64,000 bases of DNA from Octopus vulgaris. Its lineage: Eukaryota. Below are positions 14,001-26,837 of this stretch, one piece after another. Each line of letters starts with the position of its first letter. The stretch's first letter is position 1. The position numbers and the translations under genes were made by a program. Location of the stretch: contig OX597820.1 of the NCBI GenBank assembly GCA_951406725.2, positions 64,728,001 to 64,792,000 on the forward strand. Reading direction: 5' to 3'. The notes under the pieces were generated by a model, which was not told where the DNA came from, searched no databases, and saw only the letters and a list, made by a program, of their open reading frames with translations.

Positions 14001-16900
14001 GCATGGGTATAGTTGACTAAGAGAAAGAAAGTGATCGAAATTAAGCATGATGTTAGCTGGCAATGGAAAATATGAAGAGAGAAAAAGTATTTTACTAATA
14101 CATATCAGTAAATGTTTGATTCGGATATAACCAACAATTAAGTTTGTATCAAACACAACGAAACTTATTACATTTCTAGCACCGTCTAATTGAAATTATT
14201 TCAAATTTATCTTTTACATTAACACAAAGACACGAAATTACTGTATGTTCAAAGCACAGATTATACTTCCCCAAGAACAGACTATCCTTCACTGATGAGT
14301 TGTTATAAATACAGAAACAATTTCAGGTTCGGACTTTAGATGCTTAACATTAAATTATATATTTAATTAAATCTGATTAATTTAAATTCTTAGTTGTTTC
14401 TCTAATTATTTTATCACATCTTGCTAGTAATGCAATAACCTTTTTCACATGAAATTTGATGCATAAAATGTGGATAAAAATTTGAATTGACTAACTAAGT
14501 CTCCTTTACATTTGCATCCTCCTTACTATCTAACATTAATTCAGTAGCGATCCCGGTTATTTTTGCTTAAGCCATTTTAAAAAACATATTGCTTTTATCT
14601 GCAAATGATTGGCCCTAAATCCATGCACAACGTTAAATTTTTTTTTAGATTATGCGTATTACTGAATAAACTTGCTATTATTAACAAAATCTGTTCACCC
14701 CTCTTTTTTCAGAGTGCGTGATAACATTTCAACATTTTTAATGTTACATAGAATAAAACTTCTGTATAACTAATGATTATGTAGGCTCTCGATGTTTTGA
14801 GTTGAAAGTAGGAACTATTGTTTCTGGTAAAAAAAATTCTTTGTAAACAACAACTGAAAATTTAGCTGATTGAATGAATGACGCCAGTAAAATCTAGGTA
14901 TTGAATTTATTTGTAACAATTGATGGATTTTCAAGTGAAGACGTCACTACAAAGCTGTCCAATCAGATTTGTTGTGGGTCTTGTAAATAGAAATTATTCT
15001 ATAAACCACACAGTGTCGCATAGAGAAGAGACCAGGTGCACAACATTGTTGTGTGTTATGTTTGGCGAAGTTTATATCAGATGTTGTTTAGCAACCAGTC
15101 TTGTCAGCATGAAGAGTTTGTGACACAAACGACTAAGACCACTGTTAAAAACAATTACACTAAACCAAGGTCACGAGTCACTCAAGATCTTTCGACCGTC
15201 CATTTCTCTTCCTCTCACTATATATCTCCATTAGACATAACCACAAAGCATTTCCAACCAAAGCGCTGAACAATGGGAACTTTCTATCATTATATTTGGA
15301 CGTTTACTTCGAATATAAACGAATTTTCTATTCATTGATGTTAAAATTATTCTGCGTTCGTGTTGGGACTGAAACATTTCGAAGGAAAGAATAGAGTCTA
15401 CAATGGTACTTAATTTATCGAATATAGATATATAAACTCATAGATTTTCAATCGCACTCACATCAAGTCACATTTTGTCTTACTGTCTTTTCAGCAAGTA
15501 CGTGCATGGCATGTAGAATGACACATTTAGAGCATAAATATCTTCTAGAGAGAAATTTAGCGAATGCCTCTTTGCTTCTCGTATTTTACAATATTGTGAA
15601 TATATTTTCTGCTTCTAATTAACGTTTACCAAAACTTCACAAATTTCAACAAGCTAATTTCGGTATTTGAGGAAGAAGATTAGAAATCTAAGCTTTTAGA
15701 AACAGCGTAGAGTATAAATATCTATAATACATACAATGTCTAACGATTCTAATAAAGCAAAGCGAAAAATTAAATTAAATCCTAAAACGAATGAATACCT
15801 ACCTATAGAAATATTCAAATAATATGCTGTAAGCAGAATTTAAATCTCAATTACCATGACAAGACTTCAGCTGCAAGTAAATATATAGATGTGATGAGTA
15901 AATTATAGCCAGATGATACTCGATATTCAAAAATAGTGCCTCATCTGAGTTCTACTCTTAATGTTTATTTATTATGATTCCAAATTTTATAAAATAACGA
16001 AGATTCTTTGATGGCATAAACTTACAATAAAAGGAATATGACTCGGCATACACTTGCTGCGTGTGTGTGGTTCTATGTGTTCAACAACAATTGTTACGTA
16101 TGTTTATAATTTATTATTGAAACAGTGGACTGATATCCTCCCTCGTCAAGTCTACACCAGTTTCGAATCTTGATCACGGCAATCACTTAAATCTCCTCTT
16201 TTTTAATTGTTAAAGAACAATATATTTTCGCGAAACAACGTATTGGCAGACATTAAACTCTGTCACTCTATATCGTTATCTTTATTAATTCTACATTGCG
16301 AAATCTGCTTACTAGATTAATAGTTTCTTGTAAGTTATCAAAACGAAAATACATGCTTGTATTCCCGTCGGCAATCAATATTTACACTGACACATCGAAT
16401 TAAATTGAGACAATGTACACGAAAGCTATTTTAATGTAACCTATATACATTTTTATATTGAATAAATGGATTGTCATCCTCTCTGATGATAAGCTTGTAT
16501 TGTTTCTCCGATTTCTGCAACTAGCCTGTGTTTATATTTTAAAGACCTAAAATTTACAAATACATACACACACTTAATATGTGTGTGTGCTTGTGTGTGT
16601 TTGAATGTGTATGTATGTATGTATGTATCTATCTATCTGTCTATATATAAATAGATATAGATTGATAGATAGTTAGATAGATGGATATATAGATACATAG
16701 ATGCCTACATACATACATAAACACAATCACCTATCTATATATCTATCAATTACTCTGCCTTATATATTATAAGCACTCATATATACATAGACATATATAT
16801 ACATACATATATGTACATATATATACAAATATATATATGCATACATATATACATATATATATACCCATGAATATATACATAGACATATATATATATATAC

Positions 16901-16967
<67 letters not shown>

Positions 16968-17078
16968 AAAAATGGTAAATAATTTTCCTGTGGTTTTTCA
17001 TGTAACCAACAATTATTTACCGGTAAATTTCGGTATGTAAATACGACAAAATAATTGTCAAGACCTTTGTAAGGTTCA

Positions 17079-17126
<48 letters not shown>

Positions 17127-18049
17127 ATACACACATACACACACATATATTTATTATAGATACATACTTTTCTGTTACGGACAACCACTTGTAAATTTGA
17201 AAGTATAACTTAGATCTATCCTTAACGGAATAACCTTTCCTAAATATTAATTTAGTGCATAATTTCTCTCTGCATTTTAATATAATAATGTACTAAGCGG
17301 CTATTTCCCTCCGGTAGAGTCTAGTATTGTATATTGTCTGCATTCATTGCTTCATCCTTTATTTTTTGTTCAGACTTGTAAATTTAATATATATATACTT
17401 GTAAATTTGATATATATCTCAGATATATTTTCAAAATGCTATATCCATAACCGTAGGTACTATTTCTCACCAATTGATTAGTATATGATTACTATACTTA
17501 CATATGACTAGAATCTTAGACAATTCATTCCTTAAATATTTTTATTTTTTGTTTTTATTTGTCTTTCATTTTATTGATAGATTGAACGGCCCTGAACAAC
17601 GCCATTGTTTTCCAATGTTAGCGAACCAATTAAGTTATAGGTTTAACTATTGTCTCACCCTACTCTTCATTGGGTATTAGGATGAGGTTTATGTTAATAA
17701 GTAATAAGTAATAATATCGCACTAAGGTTTTACCCAAATTATTCTTTCGTTGATAAACTTATGTATTGATTTCCCAAAACAAGCTCACATTAGTTTACTT
17801 TCTCAATTCTTTTTATGATGCTGTAGTAAATAGATGTTAGCCTCAAACTTTTGACCCCTGTGATGTGGACCATCCCATTAATCTCACTCCACAACATCAT
17901 ACCCTCGTATGGCTGTGAGTGTGTATGTATGTATATGCATATGCATACGAACACACGAACATATGCACTCATACATACGACTACATATTTACGTATACAG
18001 GTGTGGGTGTGCCTGTATTTATCTACGCATGCATTCACGCCCACATGTA

Positions 18050-18722
18050 TTTTTTTTTCTACTCTAGTCACAAAGCCCGGAATTTTGGGGGAGAAGACAA
18101 CTGGATTGGATCGACCAAAGTACGCAACTGGTACTTAAATTTATCGACTTCGAAGGATGAAAGACAAAGTCCACCTCGGCGGAATTGGAACTCAGGGTGT
18201 AAAGACAGACGAAACGACCACAAATATTCTTTTCTCCTTTAGGCACAAGGCCTGAAAGTTTTGGGGAGGGGGCCAGTCGACTAGATCAACCCTAGTGCGG
18301 AACTGGTACTTAATTTTATCGACCCCGAAAGGATGAAAGATAAAGTCGAGCTCGGCGGAATTTGTATTCAGAACATAAAGACAGACGAAGACCGCTAAGA
18401 ATTTCGCCCGGCGTGCTAACTTCTCTTGGCACAAGGCCCGACATTTTGGGGGAGAGTGCCAGTCGTTTAGATCGACCCCAATACGCAGCTGCTATTTAAT
18501 TTATCGACCTCGAAAGGATGAAAGGCGAAGTCGACCTCGACGGACTTTGAACTCAGAACGTAAAGCCAGACGAAATAACGCTAGGCATTTCGCCCGGCGT
18601 GCTAACGTCTCTGCCGGCTCGCGGACTAAACGCCCACAGGGGCTAAACAGACAAAGGGACTACAACGTAACGGCAGACGAAATTCAGCTAAGCATTTCAC
18701 CCGGCGTGCCAGTTCGCCGCCT
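18050..18722 (-). mobile_element. Cluster of ~4 SINE family A copies
   Basis: Repeated ggtacttaa..ttatcgacc.cgaaaggatgaaag.caaagtcgacctcggcggaa.ttgaactcag blocks. Confidence 0.85.
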
Positions 18723-19307
18723 TAACGCCTACACATATCAAGACTACTTAACGTACTAATAACATTTCAAGAGGAGTAGCATTGAGCTGACTTGAAGAAC
18801 TTGCATATGATTACTATACTTACATATGACTAGAATCTTGAGAAAATATAAGCAATAGGTAAGTTAGTGTCTACATATTTAATAAACGAACAATTAAGTA
18901 ACGTAACTTGATTAACAATAAAAAATATTTTCATTGTCTGGCTAAATTCTTTCTTTTTTTCCCACACCGAAATTCTTGTTAACTTTTTAGTGCTGATTGC
19001 ATTAGATTAGTTTCTACGAAGTTGCAATACTACACGATGCCTGCGGCAATTTGAAAATACTTTTAGTGTGCGTTTCATTCGAATGGAACGGAATCATGTT
19101 CGAATTTCTGAACCAGCTCCGCTCAAACAATTCACACAGTTCATTTTATATTTTAATAAATTCTAAGTAATAAAATTCCTACTTTATCCATCCTTGACTT
19201 TTTGACCCTATCTATCATTACGACATCGGATTTCGTTTCCTGTCCGGCATTTTATTTAAATTAATTTCTCCTCACTGACTATGTCGGGTGATTTAACATT
19301 CTGGTAT

Positions 19308-19497
19308 ATTTTCCCTTTGAACGGCAGATCGAGAAATTAATTAACTAAACACTTTCAAACTTCAGACACTGGTTGAATGTGTCATATAAAACATCTTTTA
19401 CTCTTAGTGTTGTTGAGAAAAGTTTATATTTTCAAAGTTATTTCGTGTTAAAGTAGTCGTATTTCGGTCATTTCAACCAATCAATGCTGTGTATTCA
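19308..19497 (+). mobile_element. Partial MITE related to 58770-59198
   Basis: Shares tttgaacggcag...aaactt...actggt.gaatgtgt...ttgagaaaa...atttcaaccaatca with the left half of the 58.8-kb MITE. Confidence 0.6.
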
Positions 19498-19501
19498 ACG
19501 T

Positions 19502-19835
19502 GTATTTCGTCTGCCGTTACGTTCTGAGTTCAAATTCCGCCGAGGTCCACATTGCCTCTCATCCTTTCGGGGTCGATTAAATAAGTACCAGTTACGCACT
19601 GGGGTCGATATAATCGACTTAATCATTTTGTCTGTCCTTATTTGTCCCCTCTGTGTGTAGCCCCTTGTGGGCTGTAAAGAAATAGGTATTTCGTCAATCT
19701 TTACGATCTGAGTTCAAATTCCGCCGACGTTAAATTTCCCTTTCATGATTTCAGGTTCAGTTGATAAGTACCAGTTCAGCCCTTGGTACGATGTAATCGA
19801 CTTACTCTCTCCCCATAATTTGCTAGCCTTGTTTT
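19502..19835 (+). mobile_element. SINE family A, tandem partial copies
   Basis: Two cores joined at aaagaaataggtatttcgtc. Confidence 0.8.
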
Positions 19836-20097
19836 AAGATAACATGATTAGACGCAAGTCTTTCCGTGACATGTATATCAAATAATGTATTTGCTATAGA
19901 TGTTATTATTCTGAAGATACCAGCTGGCTGTCATTCGTGATTGCCTAGCGGTGAGTCCTTTACGGTTTTAGTTCACCTTTTTACCCATTTTATAATGTGG
20001 AACATTATCTGTGATAACTTTTATTACGCTTTTCTAATCAGGCACATTATATTACAGGCTGAAAGTCACCTTTTACTAAAATTTAATATTCTCTATA

Positions 20098-20320
20098 CAT
20101 TTTAGAGAATACAATATTAGATGCAGCACGGACTTTGTCAGTGAACAGGTCGCGGATTTTAGCGACGAAAATATTTTGACAAATTAAACTTAAATGTTGG
20201 AGTGAATCGAACGGCTTTTGTGTGTTTCTTAAATGGCTTATAAACACCTTCCACGCTGCAATTGTTTTCGTTTCAGCACACGATCTCAGATCAAATTACT
20301 TGCTATGCGAGTACATCTCC
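20098..20320 (+). mobile_element. Short insertion carrying the variant hammerhead, with 13-bp target-site duplication
   Basis: aatattctctata at 20085-20097 and 20321-20333 flanks a ~220-bp insert. Confidence 0.6.
20134..20183 (+). ncRNA. Variant minimal type I hammerhead motif (G3/C8 swapped core)
   Basis: tttgtca-GTGAACA-g-gtcgc ggatttta gcgac-GAAA-atat-TT-tgacaaa: 7-bp stem I, 5-bp stem II, GAAA and palindromic AAATATTT in hammerhead order; core GUGAACA instead of CUGANGA. Confidence 0.6.
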
Positions 20321-20883
20321 AATATTCTCTATATTTTATCAATACCGTAGAGATTGCAGATAAAATACATTTAAAAGAGAAAAAAATAGATATGAATGTA
20401 TTTTGGGCATAGTGAGTAAAATGATACAAGCTACAACGTAGAACTAAGGCCTCAACTTCAATGTCCGCCAGGTTACTTTTAAATTAAAGATATAGTCATT
20501 GATTGACGGCTGGCATCATCCTTCTCAACAATTTATTAAAATGAATATAATATATTATTGAAATATGACTACATACATACATCCATGATGCGAAAAAGAC
20601 GGTTTCGTAATTTCATGTGAACAAGTGTCACAAATGACTTCTTTATAGTGATCAACAGTGAGTGTTGTATATCAGCTCGGCGTGGCCTGAGCAGGTGCAC
20701 GGTGTACCATGCATCAGGTGCCGATTTGATCGTTGAGCAATGGGAAATGAAGTGTTTAACTCAATGACATGACGCAACACCCGGTCCAGGAATTGAAACC
20801 ACTATCTAGCGATCATCAGTGCACCAACTAATGCATGCGCTCTCTCATTTATAAGTATATATATATATATATATATATATATG

Positions 20884-21070
20884 TGACCGCGTGTTGGGGA
20901 TTTTTTTTCCTCCGTCTTCCCTTCTTTGGATCTTTACTTTTCCTATGTTTCTGACTAAGAGCTCCGCTCGAAACGTTAAACCCTCCTTCTTTCCCGAGCG
21001 TCCAATAAAACTATACTTGTTCTACGTCCTCGCGTTGTTGTGTTTTCTCTTTGTGTTTTCATGTTTGGAT

Positions 21071-21075
<5 letters not shown>
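20884..21075 (+). mobile_element. Penelope-like terminal-repeat fragment with degenerate hammerhead, in (TA)n
   Basis: gttt-ctgactaa-gagc tcc gctc-gaaa-cg-tt-aaac at 20947-20981; (TA)n on both sides; homologous to 28900-29115. Confidence 0.6.
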
Positions 21076-21108
<33 letters not shown>

Positions 21109-22029
21109 CATTACAGATATAGGGTGAAAGATAATTAATTTAATAAAATCAACAAATTTCACCTAGTAGTTTTTCGGTGTCGTCGGTCTTAGCTGGCCGA
21201 AATTTCGAAGTCACTGTCAACAATATTCTTGTATAAGAATAATGAATATCTGTTCTCTGTAAATATATAGAGTAACTTATCAAATTAACGGGAATTGTTT
21301 TCATTATAACTGAACATAAATACCAACATTAATAAATTTTTATATATAGAAATCTATACTTAACACAGATGAGCACATGTACCCGCATACACACTACCCC
21401 TGATATCCGCGCTGATTTGTAGTTTCTATTTACGAAAATATATCACCTAATCCAACATTGGTATCAAATAAAAATGCGTCTATAATAGACAAAACGTAAG
21501 TGTTGAATTTAGATATTTCACAACTACGAAAGACTAGTTATGTAATATATGCATTTTAGATTACCACGTCTCTGTTTTTAATCGCAGCTTTACATCAGAG
21601 AAGAAAAGAAGGACTAGGAAGACATGATGGGGGTTGCCGCGGCAATCTAGATGCTATTCTGCTTAGCACGTTTTGTCTTATAATTTCTCTCATATATATA
21701 AATGTATTCATTCGCTTTGCTACTTGAAAATGTTCGACAACGTTTAACCAGAATGTTTACATATGTTTAATATATTTTAGAAGTTTTTCATAACCAATTT
21801 CTAATACCTCAGATTCACAAAATCATTTTATAAGTATCTAAATCATTGAGATATTCCAAGTATTCAATACTATTCATATGCGTGATTGACTTTAGAAGTT
21901 CAGGTAAATATGAAGTACAAGTAGATAAAAAAATAATGATACGACAAAACATGATTTTTAAGATACACAGTGACTATAGCTCTTTATAGATGGACATCCT
22001 CGAATAAAGGATGAATACAACATAGAGAA

Positions 22030-22247
22030 AGCGGCAAGCTGGCAGAAACGTTAGCACGCCGGGCGAAATGTGTAGCCGTAATTCGTCTGCCGTTACGTTC
22101 TGAGTTCAAATTACGCCGAGGTAGACTTTGCCTTTCATCCTTTCGGGGTCGATAAATTAAGTACTGGGGTCGATATAATCGACTTAATCCGTTTGTCTGT
22201 CCTTGTTTGTCCACTCTATGTTTAGCCCCTTGTGGGTAATAAAGAAA
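22030..22247 (+). mobile_element. SINE family A, full monomer
   Basis: Same head and core; tail tttagccccttgtgggtaataaagaaa. Confidence 0.9.
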
Positions 22248-22764
22248 CATATATCAATAGAACATAGAAGTTGAATAATGCCTACGTTGAAACGGGTGAG
22301 TTTGGGCTCAGAATGTAATGGAAAACTTAACAAAAATCCTTTGGCCATCGTTCTACAGCAACTCTCAAATAATGACCAATATAACATCTCATCAGCTTGA
22401 AATATTTCCTGGCTAATATATATATTTTTTTAATAATTTAACAAGACCTTCTGCTTCTTCCCTAGCATAATGATCACGGAACTAGCATAATGATCCCGGA
22501 CACCAATCTCCTATCTCTGAATAGGTTAAGTAAAATAATTGTAATGTAATCATAAATATTCTCTTTTTTATTTTATCAAATATGGTGAGACAGAGAGATT
22601 GGCAAAGACTTTTCAGCCTCGGCTTTGCCTTTAATTTACCTAGTTTAGATAATTAATATAACATTAACCTTTTCTTATCCATTATATTGACACGTACATT
22701 TCACAACCCTGAAATATTTATGTTCTTAGAAGAACTGAAGTATATGGTTATATTTACTGTATAA

Positions 22765-23170
22765 GCGCGGGGGTGGCTGTGTAGTAAGTATCATTCTTAC
22801 GAACCACATATCTCCGGGTTAATTCCCACTGCATGGCATCTTGGGCAAGTGTCTTCTTCTATAGCCTCGGGCCGACCAAAGCCATGTCAGCGGATTTGGA
22901 AGAAGCCCATCGTATATATATATGTGCGTATGTGTGTGTGTGGGTGTGTGTGTGTGTATGTATGTGTATGTATGTGTGTGTATATGTTTGTGTGTCCGTT
23001 TGTCGCCCCAACATCGCTTGACAACCGATGCTGGTGTGTTTTCAGTCCCCCCGTAACTTAGCGCAAAAGAGACCGATAGAATAAGTACTAGGCTTCCAAA
23101 GAATAAGTCCTGGGGCGATTTGCTTGACTGAAGACGATGCTCCAGCATGGACGCAGTCAAATGACTGCAA
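22765..23170 (+). mobile_element. SINE family B copy
   Basis: Colinear with 2525-2926. Confidence 0.85.
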
Positions 23171-23821
23171 CATACTTGTTGGAAAAGAGGGACAAACTCG
23201 AAATAATATATGAGATAAAAGAGTAGAATAGTAAGAGATAGCAGCATGAAAATATTTTGACATCAGTTGTCTAGTAAAATCACAGAGCCATTATACATAC
23301 ATGTGATGAACATATAAACATTTGAATTCAACATCACACCGCAGAAAAACTAGATTAAAATTTGTTGATGGTAGTAACAGGATATACGTTAAACAATAGC
23401 GCATATTTATCATTCGCTATGTTCTAATAATTTGCATCTAATTTTCTACCTGAATTCAAGACCAGTTGGGATAAGTCAGAAAATCATGAGCATGCCTTGG
23501 GACGCCTAGTGCATTCTAAATCATTGTCTTAATTTAATGTCATTTTAAATGACAAATTTATGTATTTACTTACAGCTGCAATTAGCTAGAGAGTATGAAA
23601 GCATAAGCTTTTAGCCAGGCTAAATGAGATTTAAATTTCACTCATCACATATTCTATTATCCTTCCTTTCTAGTTTAAAAATGTATTAATCTCTTCTATA
23701 ATTTTAAAATTATTCTCTAATATTCTCGTTGATTACATATTTTACAAAATATAATTTCTACACTGCACTTCAAAACTTATATTTGCAAATGTCCTTGTCA
23801 AGTATCTAAACTCTATAAATA

Positions 23822-24757
23822 TTGGGTTGTCCGGAAAGTTCGTACCGATTTATAGTAGCTTACATTTCGACTTATTTTAGAACTTGGTTGAGTCCATAAA
23901 ATAGGATTTGACTACACCTCCATTTAGAGCACAGTTTAAGCTATTGGGGAAGAGTAGAAATACCAGATAGCTGGCTTGAGGGAATGGAAGTGGTATTGTC
24001 TAAAATCAGGTGGAGGAACTTAAAGATGAATTTGGAAATGTATATATGTTAATAAGGGGAAGGTTCGAACAGGAAAAGAGGGACAAACTAGAAATAATAT
24101 ATGAGATAAAATATGGGGACTTAGTGATTTTCGCAGTGAAATAGGAAAAAGGACACGTAAGGGATGTTGATTCATGGGGCAGTTAACATCACTTTCATCT
24201 TTCATTTTTCACCCTTTTTCTCATCTTATCATACGATTATTTTTTTCATGTTCTCTATCTCCATTATGTTGCAGTGTCCCCTCTGTGTAGAACCGTATGG
24301 TGAATAGAGCACAGATGAAGCTATCTTTTCGTGGAAGAAGGTTTATGTTCCTATAATCTGTGTTAATTCTGTAACCCTTTAAAATGGAAGATAAGAAAGT
24401 TGATTTTCGGCATTTGATGCTTTCAGAACCAGACGAAAATTGCTGCAGCTCGGCTGGGATGTGTTACCCCACCCTCCATATTCACCAGATATTGCTCCTT
24501 CGGATTTCCACTTACTCAGGTCTCTGCAGAATAGTCTTAATGGTAAAAAATTTCAATTCCTTGGATGACGTAAAAATATACCTTTGCCATGAAACCACCT
24601 CAATTCTGGGAAGAGGGTATCTTCAAGTTAAAGGAAAGATGAAGACGCATGGTGCAACAAAATGATTCATATTTGGTTGATTAAAAATGTAATGGCAATT
24701 ATTTATTGGCCTTTTTCTTTTCTTTAATAACCGGTACGAAATTTCCGGACAACACAA
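23822..24757 (+). mobile_element. Internally deleted mariner element with both TIRs
   Basis: TIRs ttgggttgtccggaaagttcgtaccg and cggtacgaaatttccggacaacacaa, TA on both sides. Transposase start MEDKKVDFRHLML is joined to C-terminal GWDVLPHPPYSPDIAPSDFHLLRSLQNSL. Confidence 0.9.
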
Positions 24758-25571
24758 TATTTAATGTGTTAAAAACCAAACGAGAAGTTGGAATTTGATA
24801 AGTTTTGGTAAAATGAAATTCAAATGGAAAGCGATATTCATTATACAGCAAAATTTAATTTCTAAACAATGAATAACAGCACAATTCTTTTGTAGAGGGT
24901 TACTAATCATGCACCAAAAACCGATTCGAGTACATGATTAATACATATGTTAATCGATTGCAGAAAGGTAAATTCTAAGTTGAAACAGGCATTGATTTAA
25001 CGGAGAATATCACAAAACAATGTAAGACATCTTGATCAGTGTAAGGAAGCAGTTGTCTAATCACTTTTCCGCCTGAATGTCAAAAAGGCTCTGTAAACTC
25101 TTAGACTATGCCATAATATTACACACTTTACGTAAGCCAGCGGGGCACTCTCTGAGCGCTCTAATATTTTCACAGTGAAAGTACTGGCCGCCTCGGACAC
25201 TCGGCAAAGAGAACTCTTGTGTCCGTAGATAGAAAAAGAAAGAAAATGGAATGTACAAGATTTTTTTTTTTTTATTATTCACTATTTTTGCTTCGACTCA
25301 TTGTACATTAGTCCCTCACGGATGGGATCCAGTACAAACAGCTGTGGTGCATCATTGGTACAGATGTATCTCGTCGGGTTACATCTAGAAATGTACCTGG
25401 TTTTTTTAATATGGCTTTCGCTAATATTGATTAGAATACAATTTGGCAGTTGTCCGTAACTAAACACATTACCGAGAAACTTGTGTTAAATTGAAGAACA
25501 CTTCTCGTAAAAGTAATAAATTTATTACCCAGGATATATTACATACATACATACATATATATATTTCTCAT

Positions 25572-25800
25572 TGCTCTTAGACCCTCCAGTACTGTCAACA
25601 AAACGGGTAAAAAGATTTCTCCAAACATCCCGATTGATAGCCTTCCTCCTAGCCCCCTTCGGGTCAACTCCCATCGCTAGCGTGTCCAACTCGAAGGTAA
25701 AACATTACATTTTTCTTGGTATTTCTTTCGGCTTTTTTCTACCTCCAGCATCCACCCCTTCAAAATAGCGGTATGCATCACAACTTTTCTTGCTGAGTAG
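25572..25800 (-). mobile_element. Decayed RTE-clade LINE 3' end
   Basis: Minus strand reads GRKKPKEIPRKM*CFTFELDTLAMGVDPKGARRKAINRDVWRNLFTRFVDSTGGSK, typical of an RTE ORF C-terminus. Confidence 0.6.
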
Positions 25801-26089
25801 GATAATATTTAGACATCCTGTGTGATAGAAATCGCGACATGCCAAAGGGTGGAGAACTCAGGAGAGCAACGATTATTCGGTATAGTAAAGAATCCTCACC
25901 GATGGTAATGAAGACAAGCCATCTTGGAGAAGGAAATATTTAGTGTGGACTTACAGTCAGCTGATAACATTCATTTGCACAGACAAAATTTTGAAGGTGT
26001 TATAGTTTCATAGAAATGGGCGATATGCCGCTAAGACATTTTCTAACCGTGCTCGGCGCCATACCACTGTTAAAATATTAAAAATAATA

Positions 26090-26131
<42 letters not shown>

Positions 26132-26339
26132 GATAAATATCAAAGTGAGTTATATACAGTAGCGGTAACACATCGTGACGTATTTTTGCCATGTCAATAT
26201 GGCTAACCCCTAAGGGTGGATGCTACTGTAGTTTTTAGCCCCAGGAGGACACACTCCTCCAGCTGGCCATAGACACACTATCTGTGTCCTGTCAGTATTT
26301 GCAAAGGGAAGTCATCCTTCCCGTCTTCAACTTATGATA

Positions 26340-26384
26340 CACACGGACTCGAGTTTCGAGGTATTGACCTCTCGTCAGCGTGTG
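26340..26384 (-). ncRNA. Type I hammerhead ribozyme, mirror copy
   Basis: Exact reverse complement of 26793-26837. Confidence 0.9.
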
Positions 26385-26792
26385 ACAATCATAGTTGTCG
26401 CCGAGAATTAGATTTCCTTCACAAATACTTATACTTTTTCCAGCGTCCACTGTCGCTGATATTGAAAAAGTGAAATCAAACAATGATAAATATCAAAGTG
26501 AGTTATATACAGTAGCGGTAACACATCGTGACGTATTTTTGCCATGTCAATATGGCTAACCCCTAAGGGTGGATGCTACTGTAGTTTTTAGCCCCAGGTA
26601 GCATCCACCCTTAGGGGTTAGCCATATTGACATGGCAAAAATACGTCACGATGTGTTACCGCTACTGTATATAACTCACTTTGATATTTATCATTGTTTG
26701 ATTTCACTTTTTCAATATCAGCGACAGTGGACGCTGGAAAAAGTATAAGTATTTGTGAAGGAAATCTAATTCTCGGCGACAACTATGATTGT

Positions 26793-26837
26793 CACACGCT
26801 GACGAGAGGTCAATACCTCGAAACTCGAGTCCGTGTG
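26793..26837 (+). ncRNA. Type I hammerhead ribozyme, canonical core
   Basis: cacacg-CTGACGA-gaggt caat acctc-GAAA-c tcga g-TC-cgtgtg: stem I cacacg/cgtgtg, intact CUGANGA and GAAA, stem II gaggt/acctc, short palindromic stem III, GUC cleavage triplet (predicted cut after 26831). Stem I can extend via tatgat/atcata. Confidence 0.9.

Noticed and set aside
14285-14330. ctgatga...gaaa hammerhead-like spacing
   Set aside because: No G-C pair closing stem II and no stem I in register; compatible with chance.
16963-17080. Small insert in (TA)n with 11-bp inverted repeat and GAAA + palindromic tttaccggtaaa on the minus strand
   Set aside because: The CUGANGA half of the core is missing; possibly a decayed Penelope-like end but not supportable.
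25282-25467. 61-aa minus-strand ORF with protein-like look
   Set aside because: Several frames are similarly open, there is no polypyrimidine acceptor on the minus strand, and no motif is recognised.
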